DNA of 55,771 nt, the filler included, from Sphacelaria rigidula (Eukaryota): NCBI GenBank assembly GCA_964200075.2. It is 5 parts of 5 records of this genome, joined end to end, with 100 filler letters (N's around TTAATTAATTAA, not from the genome) between each part and the next. Parts side by side here need not be neighbours in the genome. Positions count along the whole stretch, not along the records: positions 33,524 to 44,597 come from CAXNAA020005428.1; positions 44,698 to 55,771 come from CAXNAA020005429.1; 3 more parts are not named here. One strand, given 5' to 3'. The notes under the pieces are model-generated. The model was not told the origin of the DNA. It worked only from the letters and a program-made list of their open reading frames with translations, and ran no database searches. Positions 37,601-51,100 of the stretch are shown here, in pieces; the first letter of the stretch is position 1, and each line of letters begins with the position of its first letter. A program made the translations under genes and the position numbers.

Positions 37601-39729
37601 TGATAAGTCCACTGCCCTGGATCTCCGTGCACTGACACGAACCTAAATTTCCTAAACAAACTTTTATTCGTGGAGACGTTCGCGTCCTACATTGGAGTGT
37701 AGGACAGAGAACTAACAAGCAGCTGCTGAAGAGAATTAGGGGAAACGATAAATGAACACGACCTACATGTACGCGCAAATCCTCCGACATGATTCATCGT
37801 TTTGATACTGAGCACCTCTATGCTGAAGATTTCCGACTAATTTTTATGCAAATTTTGTTGACTAAAACTTTGCACGCGATTATACTCACCCAAGGTGGGA
37901 TCGTCAGACAAATGGGAACGGAAAGCGGTAAAAACAGATTTTCTCTGTTTGTGCTGTTGGCGAAGAGGGTTCGGTTGGTCACTCCGTCGATGTGTTCATG
38001 AACCATGTGAACCAAGCACGTGGACGTGTGCGCACCGGTGATTCAGGGTCATGACAATCTCGTGCAGTGACACCGTGATGCATCTGGACACCATCAGCCA
38101 CAACATCGCTGTCAGCTGTGGCTGGCGGTTGATACAACCCCTAGAGGGGGCACCGAAGGTGGTAGACACACCGTTCCGTGGCCCAGCACACGTATGACAT
38201 TGAGCAGTAATCCTGGCGTGCTGGACGACGACGAAATGGAGGCATACTTCTAGCTGCCCAAAAACTCTGCAGGATCCTCACAAATCTAGTTGCCAGCTGC
38301 ACGGCGGGATGAACTCAAGGGGCTTGGCGACGCCGCGCATGAATCCCCTGCTCGCAATATGGGCACGCGCGCCATCTAAAACATGGGCAGCGGTGCTCAA
38401 GATCACGTCGGAGACCTCCGAGCCGTCCAACAACGGCATTCATCAAGATTGCGACGATGAAGCTCTCGAAGGGGGTGCATATGAAGGTAAAATTGAGCGA
38501 TAGGTCGAGCGTGTGTGTACATGAGAGTCCCGTAGTACTGGAGTTACCGCTGGGTCGTTGGGTTTGCCTGATGATCATCCTGGAGGCCGACGCTTCCATA
38601 TGTGTCTGTCTGATAACAGGTTTTATCAGTGTAGTGTGATGGCAGTCTTTCGCGGCACACGGATGTTTGGGCTAGTCTGTGGGTTTGTCGGGAGAAACCA
38701 AGGCGTTGTTATGGTTCATATCTGAATAGAAATTGCGGATGGCTGAGAAGCCGCGGACGGTAGGAATGAAATCTAAAGGCGATCTAAATCGTATTACACT
38801 AGGGAACTAGCACGAAAACGCACAACATCCTTGCCACCAGAGGTGAAGATGGTCCCCCAATCTCCGTTCGCGTTAGAGGACAACACGATCAACGTTTGCA
38901 CCCACAGATGACGACGACAGACCCCTTCTCCCATTCGCTGGACCGCGAACGCCTGTCAGCGTCAGGAGGACGAAAACGGTCTTCCAGTGATGGCGGGGGT
39001 AACGACGGCGACGGGCCGGCATACGATGAAAAAATACTGGGTACGGCGGACTGGATTCCTCAGCGATTTGAAAGCGGACAATTCTCGCCCCGAGCACAAG
39101 ACGTTCGTGGCGTACATCCTTCTTCCGATGGTACGCATGGCCCGGACCTCGCCGACGTGGAACCCGACATGGTTGTCCCTGCGTCAAAATGAAAAGAAAA
39201 AAAAAAGCGAGACAGCAGCCCTTGTGCAATATTCTAGACGCCTCCTCCACCGTTTTATCATCCTGCCTTGTAATACCCGAATATTGACTGGGTAATAGTC
39301 CCTGGATGCGTTGACACGTCAGCTCTTTTCCCCCCCCGTTCTCACAACGACAATCCCTACCGCTGAGCTGCCGTTGACAGTTTGCACAACAAAACACAGC
39401 ACCACACCATGACTGAGATATCGTACCTCCAACACGCGAATATTCGTCAATTTCGAGCATGGTCAACCACTGCACATCTTCGTCTCCACTCTGAAAATTA
39501 CTCCGAATCACCCACCAGAACCGTTACCAAACAAAATTACAAATTGGGAAGCCACGTCGGCGCCAAACTCTCCCGCCGGCAACACCGCTCTTATAGCCAA
39601 CATCGCAAACGACCCAGTCAACCGGCAAGTTGACAGCAAGTGTCCGGCACGAATGCATCCTGGATCGCCTCGCTCATCCATTGATCGCCACACCATGGAG
39701 CACAGCACGCATACGTAAAGCAGGAATCA

Positions 39730-40145
39730 TCGAGCTCGGAAATGGTACCAGTTATAACTGGCCATTATCATTATAATAGTAATAATGGTAATGATTACAT
39801 GAAATTTTTGGATAATGGTTTCAAACCATTACTTGCCGTTGCCGGCTTTAAAAGCCGCTACCGGCTACGTATGCTACATGCAGCCGTTGAAAATTGGCCC
39901 AAATTCAACGTTTTTTTTAGCTCTAGTGAAGCCAAATCACGTAAAAACGTGCCTCCCGCATGGCGCCTCCAATGGGGCCTTGCGGGGGCGCCTCCAGCGG
40001 GGGTCCCTCTACCGAGGGGGGCTTTTTAGCTCGCGGCTGCGCCGCTTGATGACCAAACCATCGTGTACCATTCAACTGGTTGATGAGTGCGCTACGCGGA
40101 ACCATTCAACTGGTTAATGGTTAGACAAACCATTTCCGAGCCCTA
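39730..40145. mobile_element. hAT-type MITE in the PI4K intron
   Basis: TIR tagggctcggaaatggt (left copy has 2 mismatches). Perfect 8-bp TSD AGGAATCA (39722-29, 40146-53). Confidence 0.9.
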
Positions 40146-41386
40146 AGGAATCACGATTGATTGAGCTGCACTGCATCGCCCTTGTAATTGATGTCCTTCC
40201 CAGCACCGTATCAGGCCAGCACCTCAATCGTCAGGGCAAGGGCGGGTCGTCTGTACTGTACATGGGCGTACAGTAGGAGTGTAGTGTATGCAGCCATCGA
40301 GGTCCCAGTTTTCTCATCGTTGCGCGATCTCTTTAACAAGATGCCGTCCACGAGTTGACGCAAAAACGGCCCTGCCTCAGTTTTTACAGCGCCGAGGTCG
40401 GTAACCCCGACGTACGAGGGTGCTATGTCCTGCTTCCCACGATCTATTTCGCAGCCATGATGATACATATTTTTTGCATCGTCGTGGTACACCGTGCGCG
40501 CATGCACCTAGCCTGCCCCGTCTGCCCTCCTGGTCTTGCTCTCCGTATATCCTTTCGCACTGTTCTGCACTGTACTGCCACTGCACAATATTTTTGCCTG
40601 TACTGCATATTCACCAAATACTGCACTGTACTACTGCAGAGGTGATGGGATATAGCTGTGAACTGCTGGACCGGGGTGTTCCGTGCTCTGTAGGAATCCT
40701 GTGTTGGGGGGGCGCCGTCGTCTTTGTACGAAGCGTAGTTATGGGCTCCGTTTGGCATCCAAGCACTGCTCCCACACAGGCTGTTGCACGGTACATCGTC
40801 CTGCACTGCACTGTACTCCTGTATATGCTCTACCTGGCTCCTAAACGCGGTCAGCTTCCCGTGGTCGCCGATCAGGTATGCCGTGGACAGCGTCGCGATA
40901 TGTCCGCTTGGTAATTCCCAGGCGAAACTAGATACATTCGGGGCGTTCGCTCCCGCGACAGCCAGGGTAGGCGGATCGCGTAGGTCGAGCGGGTGGACCG
41001 GTATGCGTCCCCAGGCAGTACAAGTCACCGACCGCTTTGCGGGCTTGTTGCCACTGCCTCACAGCGTTCTACCCTCAAAGTTGAGCCACGTCTTGCAGTA
41101 AAGCTTGATTTACGTATTCGTTCCTTTCCAGCCACTCCAAGTCGGGTGCGGGGATCTCCTGGTGCTCAGCCGCACGTCTATGGGTTCCTATGTGTCAAGT
41201 GCTGGACACGCTTGGCAAGTGCTGGAGAGGAGGCATACTGCATGCACTGCAGCCAAGCCGTATGGTAAACGTCCTGTACATGCTGCTCGTATCCAAATTA
41301 AAAACGTCACGTGCTGCTCCAGGGAACTGAAGCCATCGGAGCTGACAATTTCAACGACGAGACTTTTACATTGAAGTGCCAGCCAC

Positions 41387-41434
41387 TGGCAACGAATGAA
41401 ATGGCAACGAATGAAATGGCAACGAATGAAATGG
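41387..41434 (+). repeat. 15-bp tandem repeat (tggcaacgaatgaaa)x3
   Basis: Three exact copies. Confidence 0.9.
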
Positions 41435-42267
41435 GACATGCTTCACCCCGAGATTTCTTTCTTCGCTCTTTCGTCGGAACCATAGGCGCGCTCGATCTGT
41501 TCTGGTGTTGCACCACCGTTGTTTCCTTCATCAAGTTTTGAAGTAGTGAGGCGTCGGGATGGCAGAGTAGGGTTCAAAGACCGGTTGCAACAGGACCTCG
41601 GTTCAACACCAGGGATCAAGCCTAGGGTTGACTACGTGAGTCTGAAACCTTAGTGCAAGGTTCCGAAATAGTGCGGCGATATGCGAAGGATCAGAGCATG
41701 ATGCGGCGGGATTCATTGCGTGACCAGGTACATGTGCCTGGAGGAATCAATCTGAACGAACACGTGAAACAGCGTAATTTGGCATCTTCATGCAGCTCCT
41801 ACCCGTGTCTTTTCCAAGTCCAAATCAACCCAACGAAAGACAGAAAATAGCCAAGAGGGCCTAGGTAGGCACCGTGGTCCAGGAACGGTCCTGCGCGGCG
41901 ACCGCGGGTCGCCCCTCCTTTACAAGGGAACCCTTGACGGGCGTATGTGTCCAAGAGCTACTGTACTGCTGACTGCACTGTACCGTAAGGTATTCCTGTC
42001 ACAGGGCCACAAAATCAGGTTTCGCGGTTCCAGCTATAGGCGGTGAAGTAACGAGCCCGTCATACTTGTGACCCTTCCCCTTCCTCAACACGAGCGGGTA
42101 GTCTCAGGGGATCAATCCATCTCTCCCTCGATACATGCCCGACATCATAGTACAGTATCTTGGATTAAATCAGCACTTCCGAAGTGCGTCGACTCTCGTC
42201 ATGTTCTATTCGCTACTCACGCCCTCACAACTTTTCAACAACGGGATCCAGATTGTGCTGTCCAAGA

Positions 42268-42298
<31 letters not shown>

Positions 42299-42697
42299 TG
42301 TCGAGATTGGAACCGGCAATCCTCCACCCTCACTGACTAATGACTTTAGTATAGTATTTAATTTAGACTACAGGAGAGTGGAAACAGTGCTGTGTTGGCC
42401 AAGAGAGATGAAGTTGGCAGCGACGAAAAAAAATCGTGTCATATCTTTGCGGCCAACACACGGTCTACACGTGACGAGTTGTCTTACAGAAGATATTGCA
42501 CGGACAAACGACCCGGCATTGCGTATTCGGGAAAGCGGAACTCTTGTCCGAATGAAGCTGACAAACTCGAGCCGCGGTGATGACCTCGTTCGACTGTACA
42601 AACCCTGCAGCCCAAACGGAAACTCGTGGTCTTCAGAATCGGAATACGGGCACCGTGCTTGGTGCCGGCTTCATTGTCTATCGTTGCCAGCCGACGC

Positions 42698-43032
42698 GCC
42701 CCGGTGGTGTAAACTAAAATGGTCGGACTGTCACCATTAGGGCGGAGAGGTCGTGGGTTCGATTCCCGATGCGTTGGGTTTTTTTCTTAGGTATCTGACT
42801 TCTACCGTCGGAAGCGTGAGTACATGAGTAGACAAAAAGCAGTCGACTGGGTTTGTTTGACGAGAGTTAACGCGGTGCGGGAGTGCCGATAGTCATGATC
42901 CAATCCGCAACATCAAGATGCAAGGCGTGTACCGGGGGAAAGAGAGGTTGTTGAGTTGATCCCTTCAGACCACGGCCTCACCTCGAGATAAGGGAGGGGT
43001 TCAAAGTGCGACACAGAAGTAAATAAATAAAT
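42698..43032 (+). mobile_element. tRNA-derived SINE (tRNA-Pro-like head)
   Basis: A box tggtgtaa..tggt, B box ggttcgattccc, a non-tRNA body, an (AAAT)n tail, and a second copy at 20681. Confidence 0.85.
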
Positions 43033-43299
43033 GATCCTGTACTACACACTTGTTGTACGGGGTGCGTGGCTGCTTATCTTCATAACCCTTGATCTGAACA
43101 GCATGTTTTGATACCCAGGGCCACCCCTTAGTTTTTGCGCACCCACCATGCGCTCTGTTCCGAAGTATGCTCAAGTTCGACGTTCTAGCATTTCGTTCGA
43201 GTAATTTTTCATATTCCGATTCTTGGACTTAACGCTGAGTCTCCCCCCGAACATCACGCCCCATCCCTAGGTACATAACTCCTGGTTCTTGAAACTCAC

Positions 43300-43376
43300 T
43301 AGTACGTCTATCATGTGACCACAGCTGGATCCCTGGGAGGTCAGTTAAAGTGCAAAAATCGATCAATCAATCAAAT
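43300..43376 (+). mobile_element. 5'-truncated LINE-like 3' tail
   Basis: gaccacagctggatccctgggaggtcagttaaagtgc..(atca)n. Confidence 0.6.
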
Positions 43377-43582
43377 GACAAAAGCAGTGTTACCGTTCAC
43401 GTGAAGACAATCGCGATCTCTCTTCATCCCGTCGAGACGGGTCGGATCACAGTTTCACATCTACCAAATACGCTCCTCACTCCTCTTTCAATTGCAGGGG
43501 GAGGGGGGAGGGGGGTGAACAATGACCACTATACAAGATGCGAGAATACATTCTACAAGTGTTGCTGTAAATAAGAGCGCAC

Positions 43583-43693
43583 CTGAAGCATGTACGTCAC
43601 GATCGCATAGGCTGCCAAGCTGCGCACAAAATTGTCCACTGCTCTGGCGAACAAACCCGAGCTCTTTCCCATATACATGCGCTCGAAAAAACT
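43583..43693 (-). CDS. PI4-kinase exon (SFFERMYMGKSSGLFARAVDNFVRSLAAYAIVTYMLQ)
   Basis: Not in the ORF track. NFVRSLAAY..YxLQ motif, cag|...|gtgcgc boundaries, 111 bp, phase 0 at both ends. Confidence 0.93.
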
Positions 43694-44125
43694 CTGATAA
43701 GATGGAGGTATCATGGTATGTTGGGCGGGAAGGCGGAAACATATAGCGGGATAGGGTTCAGGGTCAGGGCTAGGCGATCATGCACTCAAAACAAAGTAGC
43801 AACGGAATGCGGCAGCAATAACGAGCAAAAGCCATCGGCATCTGTAGCCCGGAAGTGTGTATACAATATGTCAATATAAGCAGCTGACAGGTGAGATACA
43901 TGTCACAGGTTATTGTTGCGAAAAACAAATAGTATATACTCTGATGTATAACGAACCCAAAGCACACGTGGAGCACCATAACAAACACATTATCACTGCC
44001 ACGGCTCTTCACAATTGGTCAGCTATTCCGAAAACATGCTGTTATGTCGGATCGAAAACACACAAAATCGAAGACAAACACACACAAGAACAAAACGGAG
44101 CAAAAAAACAGCTGAATCAACTGAC

Positions 44126-44293
44126 CCTAATGCCGCCGCTCTTGATGGTAACCTTCTTGATGTGGTCGATACTCTTCGCGTCCGTGATGCACTCCACCAG
44201 TCCCTTCATATCCCCGCACGCCATGATCTCATACGGTCTGAGCCGCAGGCTCAATCCCTCCCGTTTGAACACGTTGTCCACCAATCGAATTAC
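44126..44293 (-). CDS. PI4-kinase exon (VIRLVDNVFKREGLSLRLRPYEIMACGDMKGLVECITDAKSIDHIKKVTIKSGGIR)
   Basis: LRPYxI...GLVExI.DA.S motif, cag|...|gtcagt boundaries, 168 bp. Confidence 0.92.
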
Positions 44294-44597
44294 CTGTGCA
44301 GCGCGGCAATCCAAACACGTGGCGATAAGTGCATTACGAATATAGACATAGTCGCCCTCAATCTTCCGAACATGGCCAGATGCATCGCCGATCAGCTCGT
44401 GTGAAACGATCTATCAACCAATGTCTCAATCGGTGAACCAACCCGTACTAAATTCAACCCCGCGTCTTCGCAGCACACGACACGCACTTTCTCCCGCCCT
44501 TCTTTGTCTACTCTTGGCGAAGGGGGGGGGGGGGGGGGGGGGGGGGGGCCCGCCGCGGGGGGGGGGGAGCCCCGCTAGAAGAAGGAACAACCAACCA

Positions 44598-44697
44598 NNN
44601 NNNNNNNNNNNNNNNNNNNNNNNNNNNNNNNNNNNNNNNNNTTAATTAATTAANNNNNNNNNNNNNNNNNNNNNNNNNNNNNNNNNNNNNNNNNNNN
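44598..44697. other. Artificial contig spacer
   Basis: N44-TTAATTAATTAA-N44. Confidence 0.98.
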
Positions 44698-44990
44698 GTC
44701 AAAAGCCTTCGTCTTGGCCTGGACATCGTCGTCATCCATAATTTGCATTACGATTTTTTGACCTTGCGGGTGTCGTGTACTGCTCCGTCACTAGCAGGTA
44801 GTTTCTGCAGACAAGGCAGTCATCGTGGGTGCCGGTGACGTCCCATGGCGAAAGCGTATCGAAAGCCTTCCTCTTGGCCTGGACGTGATCGTCACCCATC
44901 ATTTGCTTTCCGATTTCCTTTACCTTGGGGGTGTCGTAGTCTTTGTGCTTGTCTTAGTCGCGTGTGGGCAGCTTGGCGATGTACGCTTTT
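44698..44990 (-). pseudogene. Decayed ORF with a 54-aa (162-bp) tandem repeat, divergent from RepHel
   Basis: YDTPKVKEIGKQMMGDDHVQAKRKAFD and HDTRKVK-IVMQIMDDDDVQAKTKAFD. Confidence 0.5.
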
Positions 44991-45136
44991 TGGGCTGTAG
45001 AAAGGGACATGATGAAGGGTGTGTGACATTGGCGGAGGGGGGACGAGCACGCGCGACAGAGACACGGGGAAGGAGATAAACATATCCGTCCGCCGTCGGG
45101 ACTCCTTTTTGCTTTGACGACTTTCATTCTGCTCTG

Positions 45137-48100
45137 TTGTTCCTACCGTTGCCGGCCGCTTCTATATCTCGCAGCACTTCCTGTGCGGTTTGTGACTGTA
45201 TGTGCCCTCGTATCGACATTACTAGGATGTCGGCCGACAGCGTACCCGATCGTACTATTCTGGCGGCGGGAGAGAATCTTAGGGGCCACGCTCACATTAT
45301 GAGCGACTTCACTGACTACCCCGGCGACACTACGAACTACCTTCACGGGCTTCTTCTGGCTAAGCAAGGATTCGAACCTGAACCTCCCCACGATCTACGG
45401 ATCTGCAAACACTGCCTACGGGACTTGAGAAAGAAAATTATGCCTTCTGAAGCATTAGCCAACGGCCTCTGGGTCGACGACTTGCCGGAACATTTCACTG
45501 ATTCGACGTGGGTGGAGCTAGCTGCGGCTAGCCCCGTGACGACTAGCGGTATGGTTTTCAGCTTAGAGCAGCTGAAGGTCGGCAACATCCCTAGCAGCGC
45601 GTAAGGGATGATGCGAGGCACGTTCATTTTTTTTTTCAGAACGCTTTCGGCGTTGAGGCCGCCCTGCCATCATGCGACGCTGACATAGCTGGCTCCATGA
45701 CTGTTGCCATCGTCGGCCAGCGACCGACCGACGCGCAGCTGAGAAAGCGTTTTGGAGCCAGGCGAAGCAGTGGAACTGTTGAATTTTCAGAGAGACGTCC
45801 ACAACCGGCTGGCAGGCAAGCACGTCCTGTTCCACTGTGCGGAATAGTCTCTAGAGAACATTGCAACTTTTTCCCGAGACGGAGGAGTTCCACCGGCGAT
45901 CCTCAAGTCCGTCATTGCAGCATCAGACCCTAGCGAGTCGCGACAAAAGGCGAGGTCAACATCTGTTCCCGACAAGCGCGAGGCTTAAGTGCCGGTGACC
46001 GCTGACGACAATGCGGACGCCGGCGATGCCGACGCCGCATTCGTCGCCGACAACGTTGGGGTAATGCCGTAGGGGGGAAACATCTCTGCAGGAGGGAGAC
46101 CAGACCGCTTGAGAGCTCTCGGCGCAACCTTGCATCCGTTACTGCGCCCAGCTACTCCTGCTGCCAGCCTTGCGGAGAGGGCCGCAGCAACGGCCGCGAC
46201 GGAGCCTGGTCGGGCGCCTCCGCAACCTACCAAGAAAATGCTTGTCATCCCCCACAAAGGAAAAATGGCGGAGGACTTTCACGAGCCTGGCACAATGGTC
46301 CCAGCGTATTTTCATCTATTCCCGCACACCGTGGGCGGACCTTTGGACACCCGCCAACTGAGTCTCACCTTCACGAGGTGGGCTCGCACTCTCTTGCGGC
46401 GACGCGATTCGCGTTTCCGCAAGAGCCGATCTTTCATGTATTGTTTGGTGGCCATCATCTTCCGGAGAGAAGCCATTTCCAATTCATACCGGAAAATCAC
46501 CGGCAGGGTTTCGCGCGGGGCGGCTCGCCCGCTGGCTGGAATTACCGGCGACGGTCCACGTGCAGCCGCGCTAGAAATGGAGGGCGGGTCTTCAGCTGTC
46601 ACAGTTCTTGCTAGTCTTCCCGCGGCCCGGAAGCTGATCAAAACTATGCAATCTGTCAGCAGTCGTGCGACCTGGACCATTTTCAACAAGAGAGCACTAC
46701 GACTCAAGGCAATCTCGTTGATGTGTCTTGGGACAACCCTTGTGGTGAGTGACGTCATGTGCCAGTTCGGCATGCTATTGTAGTATCTCTCTCGCCTGCG
46801 GGCAACCGATAATACTCGACTTCAAATAACTTCTTATGACAAGCTGTTCGGTCGCCCTAACCGGTGCGCGGATTTTACGAGCAGGTGGTTGACCGTTAGC
46901 CCCAACGACAAAACGTCGCGAATTGTCATGAAGCTCGGGGATGTGGAGCTGAACATCTGCAGCAGGTAAAAGGGGGACCCGCCTTCGTATGTAAAAAGGC
47001 TTGAAAAAATACCCGACGACCCTGTGGCGTCGGCTGATTTTTTCCACATCACGATCGATGCCGTTATGCTCGCCCTTCTGCGATTCAATGCAACGGATTT
47101 GGATGGAGGGGTGCTGGGTCGACTCAAAGCATTCGTGGGTGAGTGACCACTACATCGTCGCCTTTCGAGAGGTTCACACCTTTCGGTAACACATGTACAC
47201 GACTAGGAAAGACATGGACCTTGTTCCGGGGACAAGATGAAATAAATTCTCTTCGCCTTGACTCTGAACACGTGCAACATCACGCACATATGCCGCAAAT
47301 ACTCGCTTTTTGTCACAGGTATGACGGAGGAACAGAAACGCTTGGCTCTTAATTTGCCACCTCCTCATTTGGTCTGTTGGATACGATGATTTTTCGAGCT
47401 CGAGAGAGACGATGGACAAAAATCCGGAGAGCTACCAAGAGCTCGCCAGCTTCTTCACCCGCACCATCTTCTCCAAAACTGCACCGCCGGAGGATGTTGG
47501 ACATGCCATACGGGGAGGCGCAGAACCGACGGGTGCAGACAGCGACCACGTGCCCCCTCCTCAGGACTCCCTCGAACGCCCAGCGACAGAGTGCATCGCC
47601 ATACCGCTACCCTCTGCTTGCTGCCCCCCGCCCGAGGTGGAGCCGGACGTAGCCACCGAAGACAAGTACCTTCGAGAATTCCACGCTGATTTCGCTAACA
47701 TCACCGTCACGGCCAACACCCACACCTGTACCCTCACGTGCCAAAAGTTTGGGCATGCCAAATCGTGCAGGTATGTGAACTTTCTGACGTATTTGTCTTG
47801 CGGCAACGGTAGTTCTTCGTTGTCCGTGAGTAAACCCACCACGCCTCCCAACCGTATATTATTTTTCTATTTCAACAGCGCGAAGCCTTTCTGCCCGTGT
47901 GAAAATACGCCCATGCTTTGTCGTCAGGTTTGGTTTCGGTAACAATGGGAGACCCCTTGTCGATAGGACCACTGTTCAACGCGGCTTCCAGACGATATTT
48001 TCCAACGGCGAAAGCCTGGCCGGGGTTGTGATGTACCCTGCGTCAGAATGTGTCGAAGCTGTTGCTGGGGCCAGTGCCGCTGAGAAACTGGAGATACAAG

Positions 48101-51100
48101 AGAGACTGCAGTTCGATAGCGACGCAGCTGAAGTTTCGAGCGGAAAGCGGGACTTCGCCACCGTGGCACTGCGATTCACCTGCATGCATCGTCGAGAGCA
48201 ACCGATGGTCAACAGCTACAACCCCATCATACAATACTGCACGAGGTCGAATATCGACATCCGAGTTCTCCTGCGCGATAGCGATGCAAAAGGAGCTTTG
48301 TTTTACATCCTGAACTACGCAACAGAAACAGAATCCACCATGGATACGCTGCTGAATATCTTGGCTCCCGTGGTCGAGCTTATCAAAGACGAATCAAACG
48401 GGGCCACGGATGAAGTCATCGCAGCAGCGTTGGTTAGGGCGTGCTCCTGCAAGACGGTCGCACGCATGACCCTAGGGGGGGCCTGCAGCAGCCAGCAAAG
48501 TGCTAGGGTATACCGACTCCAAATGTTCGTCAGACGCCGTAGACTGCCCCGTGTGGCCCTTGCTCAGGGAAGCATCACCTGCCTTTGGTGACCCTGCCCC
48601 TCCACCCGCGTCTCCTGAGAATGGCGACGACGAGGAGCAGGGAGTCCAGGACGACAACCGCGACAGCGATGAAGACCGGGACGACGGAGGCAATGTCTTT
48701 ATCAACGGCGCCACCGGGAAGCTCAGAGTATCAACCTGTTTGCATCATCTGTGCTTCAGGCGGTGCCACAGGGATGACCTGGACCACCCTTACTATGACA
48801 TGCGCTACGTCGTATAGACTCGACTGGTTCGAGTCGAGAACACGCGTGATGCTTCCACGAAGGCGTCAACGACGGCTGCCTACGACGACCCCTATGACAA
48901 CCCGGATGACGAGGAGCCGGATGTGGAGGATATCGGAGACTGCTACGACATAGGTGCCTCCGGGGCACGTGCTAAGAAACGCGGTCGCAAACCCTCTGAT
49001 CGGCACGACTTTGTCGGTCTTCTCAAGATCATCAAACGGCAGGTGCGTTGGTTGAGGATCGTTATTTTGCGATCTTTGTTTAGTTCCTTCTTGTTAGTTG
49101 TCGGTGTTTGTGTCAACATATATATATATATATATTCTATTTCGCAGGACGGTACCAGTTAACCCCTCCATCTTATTCTCATCGTGCGCTCTCCGGCAAC
49201 CTGCGATAAATCGATCTTGGTCGACATCAACCAATATTTTCCGCGGCAAGATACTAGGCCAGAGCAGAACGCTCAGCTTATGCTTTGTCTATTCAAGCCG
49301 ATCTTCGCAATCGATAATCTTCGCCTGCCGGAGGACTCATCGTGGGCGGACGCTCTTCAGCGGACCGAGGATTCGGACCTGCGGGATCCTGCGTCGATCT
49401 CTATGAGATCAAATATTCGCGCGATGCTGACGCAACGCTTAACAACTGATGACGAAAAGGCGCCGCGGAACGCGTCGCTTCTGGCGGCGCGAGAAAGAGG
49501 CGAAGCCGGTGCGTACGACGTGCACGGCGACATATTCAACTTGGCTCGCGACGATGACGACATCACTGGGAAGCAACGTGATGCCGCTGGCGAAAATCGC
49601 CCACAATGTTTCCGCGTACGTCAACGACGCGCTGGACAGCGTGCGTTCTGCGGGTTTTAGCGTTGACGATGTCCCCAGCCCTTACGATTCCCCCGGCCTA
49701 CCCCCGCCGATCTTGCTGAGTGGTCGCTGACCGGACCAAGTTGAGGCGGACAACGCGGAGGTTCGTCGGGGCCAGGACGAGGTTGAAGCCCAGAAGTTTA
49801 TGACGGAACTGCGGCAAAGCTCGAACAATCCGAAGCTAACGCATGCGCCGCAGAGCCACAAGAAATGCCTGTTCATGACCGCGTCTCTTACAACCCCGCC
49901 GCAATGGGCCCCTGCATCCGTGATCTCCAGACTAAGTCCCAATCCGGCGTGACGGAGGAGGCCGAAGCCAAGCTCAACGAGAGGAGGAGGGTCACCAACG
50001 AATGGGTTGCCGCTACGGACGTCGGCCGGGCTTCTGTGTATCAACATGATGCAGTCAACCGCATCGCCGAAGAATTTGGTTTGAACAGAAAACAGTGGCT
50101 GGCATTTTTTTTACCTTCGGCACCGCTTGGATGGCGAGGAACGGCTCTACAACTCCGAACGCCTTGCGTCTGCACGTGAGCGGGGTCGGGCAAGAGCTAC
50201 ATTTTGGCAGCCATCAATAGCTTGATCCACTGCCCTGCACTGAAAGGTGTCGTGGAGCATGGTGGGTTGTTGACGGTTGCCTTTCAGGGCAAGCAAGCCG
50301 CAAGCGTAGGAGGGTGTACATTCAGTTTACGAAATTACCATACACCAGAAAGGGACGATGGACAACACCGTGGACCAGGCCGGTCTCTCGGCGAAGAAGA
50401 CACAGCGATGGGCTCAACTCAAGGACGGTGCTATCGCTATGAAGGAGATAACGATGATCAGCTGCGAGCTCCTAGGGAAAATGCAGAAAGCAGCAGCATC
50501 CGTGGGACCCTCCGGAGCAAGCCTTACCCACGCCGGTTTTAGTTGCATCACCTTCGGTGACCTCAACCAGGTATGTGTGTGTATGTCCATGCCTTCCATC
50601 TCGGTGTTCGTTCGACATAAAAAAAAAAGGATCCGCAACGCACATTCCATTGAGAGTGTGACAGCTGCGCCCCTCCTTCCCATGCACACCCCCGTCGCGT
50701 CCTCGCTTGCTTCTTCCGTCTTTCTCGACACTTTTTCACGTACGGTGAAGCTGGAACCCGTCGGCGCCAAGTCCGTTTCTTACGGCGCTGCAGACTCCAC
50801 ACGCTTGAAAGACGTTATCAACACTCAGCGTATCGGCCGCGCCAACTTTATGGGGGCAAATGACTCGGTCGTACTGGATAAGACCAACAACAGGTTCTCT
50901 GGCACGTATGCTCTCATCATGGGTCGACTCTTGCACGGAGAGTGCACATTGGACGACGTCGAAAAGATCAACGCTTGGGTTATCGGAAGTCCTGTGCACC
51001 CACAGAACGGCTCCCTCGGGATGACCGATCGTTGGATGGCTTGAACGGTAAGTTTCCCGCAAAAAAAGTATCTACATTTCTTCTCCGTTCTGTTGTGATG

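Noticed and set aside
40250-40330. SMAAYTTLLLYAHVQ as the PI4K SLAxYS exon
   Set aside because: Poor spacing and no splice sites. The true exon was found at 43583-43693.
42698-42775. Functional tRNA-Pro gene
   Set aside because: No closing acceptor stem and an insertion in the D arm. It continues into a repeated body and (AAAT)n tail, so it is a SINE head.
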